Shown here: positions 56,997 to 64,000 of the stretch, piece after piece
Numbering within the stretch: position 1 is the stretch's first letter
Layout: every line of letters starts with the position of its first letter
Assembly (NCBI GenBank): GCA_003133565.1
Contig: PKYB01000076.1
Span: 10,093 to 74,092, forward strand
DNA: 64,000 nt
Direction: 5' to 3'
Origin: Solirubrobacterales bacterium
GTDB lineage: Bacteria; Actinomycetota; Thermoleophilia; Solirubrobacterales; Solirubrobacteraceae
The notes under the pieces: model-generated
The model's input: the letters and a program-made list of their open reading frames with translations, nothing else
Told to the model about the DNA's origin: nothing
Database searches by the model: none
Made by a program: the position numbers and the translations under genes

Positions 56997-58112
56997 CTAG
57001 GACCAGTTCTCGAGGCGTCCGCGAAGGGCGCCGAGGAACTGCGCCGCCAAGACGCCATCGAGCGCTCGGTGATCCCAGGAGAGGCCGAGGATGCAGATTG
57101 GGCGGATCGCGATCTGCTCCTCGCCGGAAGCCTCGCGGATCACAACCGCGCGCTTGACGATCGCCTCGGTGTCGAGGATCGCGACCTGCGGCTGATTGAT
57201 CACGGGCGTCGCCATGATCGTGCCGTACTGCCCGGGGTTGGTGATCGTGAACGTGCCGTCGCGGAGCTCCTCCGGCTTGAGCTCGCCGGAGCGGGCGCGC
57301 GCCGCGAGATCGCGTATCCGCTCGGAGAGCTCGCTGATGTCCAGGCGCTCGGCGTGGCGGATCACGGGGACGAGCAGACCCTCGGGCCCGAGCGCGACCG
57401 CGATGCCGAGGTTGACGGTCTCGTGACGCACGATGTCGCCGCCGTCGAGCCAGGCGTTGAGGTCGCGAAACTCGCTTAGCGTCGCGATCGTCGCGCTCGC
57501 GACGATCGGCAGCGCCGTCGTACCGAACTGCGCGCGGGCCGCCTCGATCGCGGTGAAATCGACCTCGATCCACGACGTGACGGTCGCGGCGGTTTCGAGC
57601 GAGCGCTTCATGTGGTCGCCGATCGAGCGTCGCATGCGCGTGAGTGGGACCGGCGGCGGCGGCGCGTAGGGCTGGAGGCCGCCGCTCGCGCGGTCGGCGA
57701 TCACTGCGAGCACGTCCTGTTTGCGCACGCGGCCGCCGGTTCCGCTGCCCTTGACCGTCGCGAGGTCGATGCCGTGTTCGGCGGCGAGGCGCTGGACGAC
57801 GGGCGAGTGGAGGTGATCGCGGCGCTCGGCCACGGCGTCCGTCGCCTCGGGCTCGACCGTGTCGAGCGCCGTGGGCGCAACCTCATGTGATCCGTCGGAT
57901 GCGATCACGGCGATCGCGCTGCCCGTCGCGACCGTCTCGCCGGCCTCCGCGAGGATCTCGATCAGGGTGCCGGCGACCGGTGAGGGGAGTTCCGACTCGA
58001 TCTTGTCGGTGTCGATGTCGCAGATCGGCTCCTCGTAGGCGACGGCTTCGCCCGGGCTCTTGCGCCACTGCACGATCGTGCCCTCGGTGACCGAGATGCC
58101 CAGCTGGGGCAT
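56997..58112 (-). CDS. Dihydrolipoamide acyltransferase E2 (single lipoyl domain)
   Basis: MPQLGISVTEGTIVQWRK...DIDTDKIESE; PSBD SPVVQRLAAEHGIDLATVKGSGTGGRVRK; core WDHRALDG. ATG 58112 has GAGG 5 nt upstream. The upstream ATGs at 58151 and 58178 overlap the E1beta gene. Confidence 0.85.
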   Translation of the reverse strand: MPQLGISVTEGTIVQWRKSPGEAVAYEEPICDIDTDKIESELPSPVAGTLIEILAEAGETVATGSAIAVIASDGSHEVAPTALDTVEPEATDAVAERRDHLHSPVVQRLAAEHGIDLATVKGSGTGGRVRKQDVLAVIADRASGGLQPYAPPPPVPLTRMRRSIGDHMKRSLETAATVTSWIEVDFTAIEAARAQFGTTALPIVASATIATLSEFRDLNAWLDGGDIVRHETVNLGIAVALGPEGLLVPVIRHAERLDISELSERIRDLAARARSGELKPEELRDGTFTITNPGQYGTIMATPVINQPQVAILDTEAIVKRAVVIREASGEEQIAIRPICILGLSWDHRALDGVLAAQFLGALRGRLENWS

Positions 58113-58131
58113 CACGACCTCGACGCGGGTT

Positions 58132-59097
58132 TCAGTAGGCGAGGAGCTCATCGCAGGCACCGCGGATCCGCTCGACACTGGGCAGGACCGCGCGTTCGAG
58201 GACCGGAGCGAAGGGGATCGGTACGTCGGGGGTCGCGACGCGGACGATCGGCGCCTCGAGGTATTCGAAGGCGCGCTCGGCGATCAGCGAGGAGACCTGG
58301 GCGCCGAGCGCGCAGGTGTAGTTGGCCTCATCGACGATCACGACCTTTGAGCAATCGCGCACGGCGGCGAGAATCGCATCCTCGTCGAGCGGGGCGAGCG
58401 AACGCAGGTCGAGGAGGCGGATGCTCGCGTCGGGGAGCTGCTCGATCGCCTCGAGCGCCGTGTGGACCATGGCGCCGTAGGCGATCACGACGAGCTCGTC
58501 GCCTTCGCGCACGGTCCGCGCCGCGAACGGCGTGGCATAGCTCCCGTCGGGCACCTCGCCGCGCACGCGGCGGTAGAGGTTCTTGTGCTCGAGGAAGAGG
58601 ACCGGGTTGGGGTCGGCGATCGCCGCGAGCAGCAACCCCTTGGCGTCTTCCGCGCTCGACGGCGCGAGGACCTTGAGGCCCGGTGAGTGCAGGAACCAGG
58701 CCTCGGGATTCTGCGAGTGGTAGGGCCCGCCGGAGAAACCGCCGCCGCTCGGGAGGCGCACGACGATCGGTGCGGCGAGTCCGAGGCGGTAGTGGAGCTT
58801 GCCGGCGACGTTGGCGATCTGGTCAAAGGCGCAGGCGACGAAATCGGCGAACTGCATCTCGCAGACGGGGCGCATGCCGACGATGGCGGCGCCGACCGCG
58901 CTGCCGACGATCGCCTCCTCGCAGATCGGCGTGTCGATCACGCGCTCGGCACCGAACTCCGCGAGCAGCCCGTCGGTGACCTTGAATGCGCCGCCGTGCT
59001 CGCCGATGTCCTCGCCGAGCAGGATCACGCGCTCGTCCTCGCGCATCGCGACGCGCAGGGCGTCCGAGATCGCTTCGAGATAGGTCAGCTGGGGCAT
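58132..59097 (-). CDS. 2-oxoacid dehydrogenase E1 beta subunit
   Basis: MPQLTYLEAISDALRVAMREDERVILLGEDIG. The ATG overlaps the E1alpha stop (ATGA). Confidence 0.9.
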   Translation of the reverse strand: MPQLTYLEAISDALRVAMREDERVILLGEDIGEHGGAFKVTDGLLAEFGAERVIDTPICEEAIVGSAVGAAIVGMRPVCEMQFADFVACAFDQIANVAGKLHYRLGLAAPIVVRLPSGGGFSGGPYHSQNPEAWFLHSPGLKVLAPSSAEDAKGLLLAAIADPNPVLFLEHKNLYRRVRGEVPDGSYATPFAARTVREGDELVVIAYGAMVHTALEAIEQLPDASIRLLDLRSLAPLDEDAILAAVRDCSKVVIVDEANYTCALGAQVSSLIAERAFEYLEAPIVRVATPDVPIPFAPVLERAVLPSVERIRGACDELLAY

Positions 59098-60137
59098 CAG
59101 CGAAAGCCGCTCCATGGAGCGTCGCCGGATCCGACCGGGATCGGCTCGCCGAGGCAGAAGACGCCCGTCGTAGCGCTGGCGGGGTCGGGAAGTGCCATCG
59201 CCAGCGCCTCCTCGGTGGCCTTGTCGACCTCGGCCTTGACGTCCGCCGCGAGCGCGTCGACGTCGACGCCGAGCGCGGCGAGGCGCTTGCTCTGGAGCTC
59301 GATCGGATCGCGGAGCGTCCACTCCGCCAGCTGCTCGGGGGGGACGTAGCGCGCGTCGTCGTGGAGGCCGTGCCCGTGCATGCGCATCGTCTGCGCCGAG
59401 ACGAGCGTCGGGCCGGCGCCGGAGAGCGCTCGCTCGCGCGCCTCGCGGACGACCTCGAAGACCGCCTCGACGTCGTTGCCGTCGACGCTCACGCCGGGGA
59501 TCCCGTAGGCCGCGGCGCGCTCGACGGGATCGACGAGGAACTGGCGCGCGCTCGGCGTCGAGTAGGCGTAGTTGTTGTGCTCGAGGATGAAGATCGCCGG
59601 GACCTGCATGACGGCGGCGAAGTTCATCGCCTCGTGCCAGTCGCCGACCGATGTTGCGCCGTCGCCGAAGAACGAGGTGGCGCAGCGCTGCTCGCCGCGG
59701 AGCTTGAAGGCGAGCGCCATGCCGACGGCGACCACCATCATGTCGGGGAGCATCGAGACCATCCCGACGACGCCGTGCGCGGCGTCGCCGAAATGCACGT
59801 TGCCCTCGCGGCCGTGGCTGACGCCGTCGGCGCGCCCGAGGTAGTGCGCGAGGACGTCGCGCGGCGGGGTGCCCTTGACGAGGTGGGCACCGAGGTCGCG
59901 GATCAGCGGGCAGACCGGGTCGGCGGCGGCGAGCGCGAAGGTGGCGCCGACGCAGGTCGCCTCCTGGCCGCGGCCGTCGTAGAACGAGCCGGGCACCTTG
60001 CCCTGCTTGTAGAGGCTCGCGCCGCGGTCCTCGACCGCCCGGTGCAGCAGCATGAAGCGCAGCAGCGCGACGCGGTCGCTCTGCTCGAGGTGGAGCGGAG
60101 CCGCCGCTGCTGCCGCTCCGCCAGCCGGCGATGGCAC
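59097..60137 (-). CDS. 2-oxoacid dehydrogenase E1 alpha subunit (TPP-binding)
   Basis: FFGDGATSVGDWHEAMNFAAV (TPP motif region); YRMHGH-type segment TMRMHGHGLHDD. Confidence 0.9.
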   Translation of the reverse strand: MPSPAGGAAAAAAPLHLEQSDRVALLRFMLLHRAVEDRGASLYKQGKVPGSFYDGRGQEATCVGATFALAAADPVCPLIRDLGAHLVKGTPPRDVLAHYLGRADGVSHGREGNVHFGDAAHGVVGMVSMLPDMMVVAVGMALAFKLRGEQRCATSFFGDGATSVGDWHEAMNFAAVMQVPAIFILEHNNYAYSTPSARQFLVDPVERAAAYGIPGVSVDGNDVEAVFEVVREARERALSGAGPTLVSAQTMRMHGHGLHDDARYVPPEQLAEWTLRDPIELQSKRLAALGVDVDALAADVKAEVDKATEEALAMALPDPASATTGVFCLGEPIPVGSGDAPWSGFR

Positions 60138-60210
60138 GACGGCGCGCTTGGCGCTGCGGTGTTGAACCGTGCTCAGAGCCGTCCGATCCTAGCGCGGCAG
60201 GGAGCGCCGA

Positions 60211-62433
60211 TCATGTCGCGACCGCCTCGCGCTCATAGCGGCGGCGGATCTCATAGAGCGTGGTGCGCTCCGCCGCCGGCCGGCCGGCGCGGTGGGCGGC
60301 GCCGACCAGATCCTCGGGATTGAGGCTGACACCGTGGTAGGAGCCCGCCATGCGGCTGATCGACTCCTCCATCAGCGTCCCGCCGAGATCGTTGACGCCC
60401 CAGCGCAGCGACTCGCTCGCCGCGTCGAGGCCCATCTTGACCCACGAGCTCTGAAGGTTGGGGATGCTCGCACCGAGCGCGAGGCGGAAGACCGCGGTGT
60501 GCTTGAGCTTCTCCTCGGTCGCGAGCTCCTCGATCCCGTGCGTGCGTCCGAGCAGCGTCTGAAAAGGGATGAAGGAGAGCGGCACGAACTCGGTGATGCC
60601 GCCGGTGCGCTGCTGCAGCTCGCGCACGACACGCATGTGCTCGGCGAGCTCCCAGGGCTCTTCGATGTGGCCGAACATCACGGTCGCGGTCGAGCGCAGA
60701 CCGGCGCGGTGGGAGGCCTCGATGATCTCGACCCAGCGCGCGACCGGCAGCTTGTTTGGCGAGATGCGCTCGCGGACGCCGTCGTGGAGGACCTCGGCGG
60801 CGGTCCCGGGGGTCGAGTCGAGACCCGCTGCGCGAAGGCGCGCGAAGACCTCGTCGGGCGGGAGCCCGGAGATGTCACACATGTGCGCGATCTCCATCGG
60901 CGAGTAGGCGTGGAGGTGGAGCTGCGGTGCGGCCTCCTTGACCACGCGCAGCCAGTGCTCGTAGTCCTCGAGCGTCCAGTCGGGATGGATGCCGGACTGC
61001 ATGCAGATCTCGGTGGCGCCGAACTCGACGGCCTCGCGGACCTTCTCCTCCAGCGTCGCGCGGTCGTGCTCGTAGGCGTCGGGCGAGCGTTTGCCCTGGC
61101 CGAAGCCGCAGAAGGCGCAGCCGACGATGCAGATGTTCGAGACGTTGATGTTGCGGCAGACGACAAAGGTCACGGTCGGGCCGACCAGCTCCTCGCGGAG
61201 CTCATCGGCGGCCTCGCGGATGTCTTCGATCGCCTCCGGGCGCGTCTCGGCAAAGAGCGCTGTGAGCTCATCCTCACTTAGCACGACGCCGTCGCGACCC
61301 TTGCTGACCGCACCAGAAACCAGATCCCGGCGGATCAGCCGCTCCGAGCGCCGGCCCGAGCCGCGGCGGGGGATGAAGGACCAGTAGCGGGACTTGATCA
61401 CGTCGAGCACGCCGGGAGCGATCCAGTCGGCGTCGATGTAGGGGCTGTAGACGCAGAGGCGCTCTGCCAGCGCGATGCCCTCGGCCTGGAGCGTGCGGCG
61501 GACCTGATGGGGCGAGGGGAAGGGGTGCTCGGGGGAGATGTGGTCGCCGTTGGCCGAGAGGCCGCCGAGGTCGCTGGCGCCGGCGCGGACGAGCTCCGGC
61601 CACCAGTCCGAGAGGTTCGGGGGGATCTGGACGCCGACGCCCGGGAGCAGCTCGCGGGTCGCCTCGACGAGGGTCGCGACCTCGGCGATGCTCACCTCGC
61701 AGGCCCAGGCGGGGAGCGGGAGCTCGGGGTGATGGCCGACGCCGGTGCGCCAGTAGTCCGCGGCGGCGGCGGTCGCGACGTCGGCCGGCTCCTCGCCGTA
61801 GTAGCGGCGGTGGGGGACGAAGTTCTGCAGGATCACCTCCTGCAGATGGCCGTAGCGGTCGTGCAGCTCGGCGAGCGCTTGCAGCGCCGCGATGCGGTCC
61901 TCGGGGTCCTCGCCGATGCCGATCAGGATGCCGCTGGTGAAGGGGATCTTGAGCTCGCCGGCGTCGCGGATCGTCTGCAGGCGCAGCTGCGGATCCTTGG
62001 TTGGCGAGGCGGCGTGGGCGAGGAGGTCGGGGCGCAGCGACTCGAGCATCAACCCCTGGGAGGCCGTCACCTCGCGCAGGCGGGCAAGGTCTCGGCGCGG
62101 GAGGGCGCCGAGGTTTGTGTGCGGCAGGAGGCCTCTCGCGAGGGCCTGCTCGCAGGCCCAGATGACGTAGGCGACGAAGTCCTCGAAGCCGAGCGCTGTG
62201 AGCTTTGCCTTGACGCCGGGGTGGTAGGCCGGGTCATCGCCGGTCAGGACGAGGAGCTCCTTGACGCGGCGGTGGGCCGCTTCGTCGAGCAGCGCCAGAA
62301 CCTCTTCGGGCTCGTGCAGGTGGCGCTGATGAGTCGCAAAGGCGCAGTACTTGCAGTGCGAGACGCAGGTGCGCGAGAGCGACAGCGTGACATTGCGCGA
62401 GAAGGTCACTCTGCGCCTAGTCACGGCGTCCAT
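60211..62433 (-). CDS. fbiC: Bifunctional FO synthase (CofG+CofH), F420 biosynthesis
   Basis: Two radical-SAM CxxxCxxC motifs, CVSHCKYCAF and CIVGCAFCGF; 740 aa. Confidence 0.95.
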   Translation of the reverse strand: MDAVTRRRVTFSRNVTLSLSRTCVSHCKYCAFATHQRHLHEPEEVLALLDEAAHRRVKELLVLTGDDPAYHPGVKAKLTALGFEDFVAYVIWACEQALARGLLPHTNLGALPRRDLARLREVTASQGLMLESLRPDLLAHAASPTKDPQLRLQTIRDAGELKIPFTSGILIGIGEDPEDRIAALQALAELHDRYGHLQEVILQNFVPHRRYYGEEPADVATAAAADYWRTGVGHHPELPLPAWACEVSIAEVATLVEATRELLPGVGVQIPPNLSDWWPELVRAGASDLGGLSANGDHISPEHPFPSPHQVRRTLQAEGIALAERLCVYSPYIDADWIAPGVLDVIKSRYWSFIPRRGSGRRSERLIRRDLVSGAVSKGRDGVVLSEDELTALFAETRPEAIEDIREAADELREELVGPTVTFVVCRNINVSNICIVGCAFCGFGQGKRSPDAYEHDRATLEEKVREAVEFGATEICMQSGIHPDWTLEDYEHWLRVVKEAAPQLHLHAYSPMEIAHMCDISGLPPDEVFARLRAAGLDSTPGTAAEVLHDGVRERISPNKLPVARWVEIIEASHRAGLRSTATVMFGHIEEPWELAEHMRVVRELQQRTGGITEFVPLSFIPFQTLLGRTHGIEELATEEKLKHTAVFRLALGASIPNLQSSWVKMGLDAASESLRWGVNDLGGTLMEESISRMAGSYHGVSLNPEDLVGAAHRAGRPAAERTTLYEIRRRYEREAVAT

Positions 62434-62517
62434 CGCTGAAGCATAGGCGCTCGCGTGAGGCTGCCCGGCGGGAGTGGTGTCCGTGAGGGCGTGCGACGCG
62501 GGGGGCGGGTGGCTGCG

Positions 62518-63018
62518 CTAGGCCTCGCCGGCGAACGAGCCGTAGCCGCCGCGGAAGAAGACCAGCGGCTTGGTCTCGCCCTCGCGAACCTCCAGTGCCC
62601 GCACCGCGCCGACGACGATCAGGTGATCACCGGCGTCGTGCTCGGCGTCGATCGTGCATTCGATCCAGGCGAGCGCGTCGTCGAGCGCCGGCCCCGCCGG
62701 GCGCGCGTGCCAGGAGACGCCTTCGAAGCGATCGATGCCGCGCTGTGAGAAGCGCCGCGCGGCCTGCTCGTGGTGCGCGGCGAAGACGTTGACTGCGAAG
62801 CTGCCGCTGGCGTGGATCCTGGGCCAGGTCAGCGAGCCCTTCGCCGGGCAGAAGAGGACCAGCGGTGGGTGCAGCGAGACCGATGTGAACGAGTTGCTTG
62901 ACATGCCGACCGGTTCGCCGTCATCCAAGGCGGTGATCACCGTGACACCGGTAGGTAGATGGCCGAGTACGCGGCGGTAGAGCTCGCCGTCGCCCTGCGG
63001 ATCGAGGTCAGGGCTCAT
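62518..63018 (-). CDS. Flavin reductase-like (FMN-binding split-barrel) protein
   Basis: LPTGVTVITALDDGEPVGMSSNSFTSVSLHPPLVLFC. The ATG overlaps the upstream gene stop (ATGA). Confidence 0.85.
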   Translation of the reverse strand: MSPDLDPQGDGELYRRVLGHLPTGVTVITALDDGEPVGMSSNSFTSVSLHPPLVLFCPAKGSLTWPRIHASGSFAVNVFAAHHEQAARRFSQRGIDRFEGVSWHARPAGPALDDALAWIECTIDAEHDAGDHLIVVGAVRALEVREGETKPLVFFRGGYGSFAGEA

Positions 63019-64000
63019 CGCGACGGAGACGTTAGCGTGGGGTGAAGGAATTCGTAGTAGGTGACCGGCACCGCGTAGGCGGCGTAGCCCGTGATGTCCG
63101 CCCGTGTGACGTTCTGGACCGGGGTGGCGAGCAGATTGACGACCGGCATGTCCTGGTCGACGATCTTTGCCGCGCGTGCCACGAGACTCTGAGCGGCGGG
63201 GCCGGCCGGCGTGCTGCGGAGCTGCGTCAGCAGCGCTGCCAGCGCCGGGTCGTGGTAGCCGTCGACGGCCGCCGGGCTCGCGGCATCGAGCGTCGCCGCG
63301 TCGTCTTCGAGCAGCAGGAAAGCGGCTCCGCTCACCAGTGGCTGGATGTCCTCGATCGTTGAGGGAACCTGGTGGGTCTGCTCGAGCGCGAGCATCTGGT
63401 CGGGGTTGCTGAGTCTCGCGGTGAGCAGCCGGACGTTGACCTGGGCGAGCTGGGCGGTGAGCAGCTCGACCTCGTAGGACCCATTGCCGTCCCCGATGTC
63501 CGTGCCCACGTCGAGGTGCAGCGTGAGGCCGTTCGGGTAGCCCGCCTTTGCGAACAGGCGCCGGGCCAATGCCGGGTCGTAGTCAACGGGCTGCGATCGG
63601 CCGTAGATCGCCGGGATCGTCAGCGCGTCGTGCGCGGCGTAACCGGCGTAGATCGCCTGGTTCAACTCCGCTCGGTTGACCGCCAGGTTGAGGGCGCGGC
63701 GGACCAGCGGTTTGGCGAGTGGCCCACCCGCGACGTTCAGCAGCCACGACTCGACCAGCGGCCCGCTCTCGAGGATCGTCGCGCTGAGGTGGTCTCCGTG
63801 TGCGTCCTGGACCGCGGTCGCGAAATCGTTCCACTGCAGGTCGGTTGTGTGATCGGCGGTGCCGTCGAGCAGGTCGGCGAGACGCGTACCGGAATCCGGC
63901 ACCTGATCGATGTCGACGGTCGTGTAGTAGGGATGGACCCAGGAGCCCGGGTTTGCGCTCAGCACGAGGCGCTTGCCGGGGAGGAACTTGCTCACGAAGT
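63015..64000 (-). CDS. ABC-transporter substrate-binding protein, family 5 (peptide/nickel type); N-terminus outside the window
   Basis: ...LNVAGGPLAKPLVRRALNLAVNRAELNQAIYAGY...YDPALARRLFAKAGYPNG... The reading frame stays open to the window edge. Confidence 0.7.
   Translation of the reverse strand, partial: FVSKFLPGKRLVLSANPGSWVHPYYTTVDIDQVPDSGTRLADLLDGTADHTTDLQWNDFATAVQDAHGDHLSATILESGPLVESWLLNVAGGPLAKPLVRRALNLAVNRAELNQAIYAGYAAHDALTIPAIYGRSQPVDYDPALARRLFAKAGYPNGLTLHLDVGTDIGDGNGSYEVELLTAQLAQVNVRLLTARLSNPDQMLALEQTHQVPSTIEDIQPLVSGAAFLLLEDDAATLDAASPAAVDGYHDPALAALLTQLRSTPAGPAAQSLVARAAKIVDQDMPVVNLLATPVQNVTRADITGYAAYAVPVTYYEFLHPTLTSPSR

Overview
This is a 64-kb, very GC-rich chromosomal segment. 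The gene content (NucS, FbiC/F420, OdhA-type 2-oxoglutarate dehydrogenase, EttA, DUF4232/DUF4242-like small proteins) suggests an Actinomycetota-like genome; that is inference, since no search was run. I can support about 60 protein genes, one frameshifted pseudogene, several short repeats and hairpins, and two operator/promoter candidates. I saw no rRNA, tRNA, CRISPR array, transposase or integrase. The backbone is housekeeping: gltA, pyk, aconitase, 2-oxoglutarate dehydrogenase, a branched-chain/pyruvate-type E1alpha-E1beta-E2 operon, a transketolase-family enzyme, metF, dcd, fbiC, ettA, nucS, an Fpg/Nei glycosylase, bcp, cyclophilin and a DEAD-box helicase. Three stretches stand out. (1) At 40.3-47.9 kb there are six consecutive prepilin-type genes arranged as two PilV/W/X (GspI/J/K)-like triads, some very large and modular, with no pilus assembly genes in the window. 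(2) At 20.3-21.9 kb the 3-prime end of gloA is repeated three more times and brackets three small gene cassettes, one of them frameshifted. (3) At 47.97-52.0 kb a cytoplasmic hybrid histidine kinase is transcribed divergently from a response-regulator/PIG-L deacetylase fusion. Also notable are a complete E2o (two lipoyl domains, PSBD, catalytic core) fused to E1o in one 1433-aa ORF, and a 7-nt microsatellite (6 perfect copies) in a promoter region. All family calls come from motif recognition in the supplied translations. Where a track ORF ran upstream into a neighbouring gene, I re-picked the start by eye.
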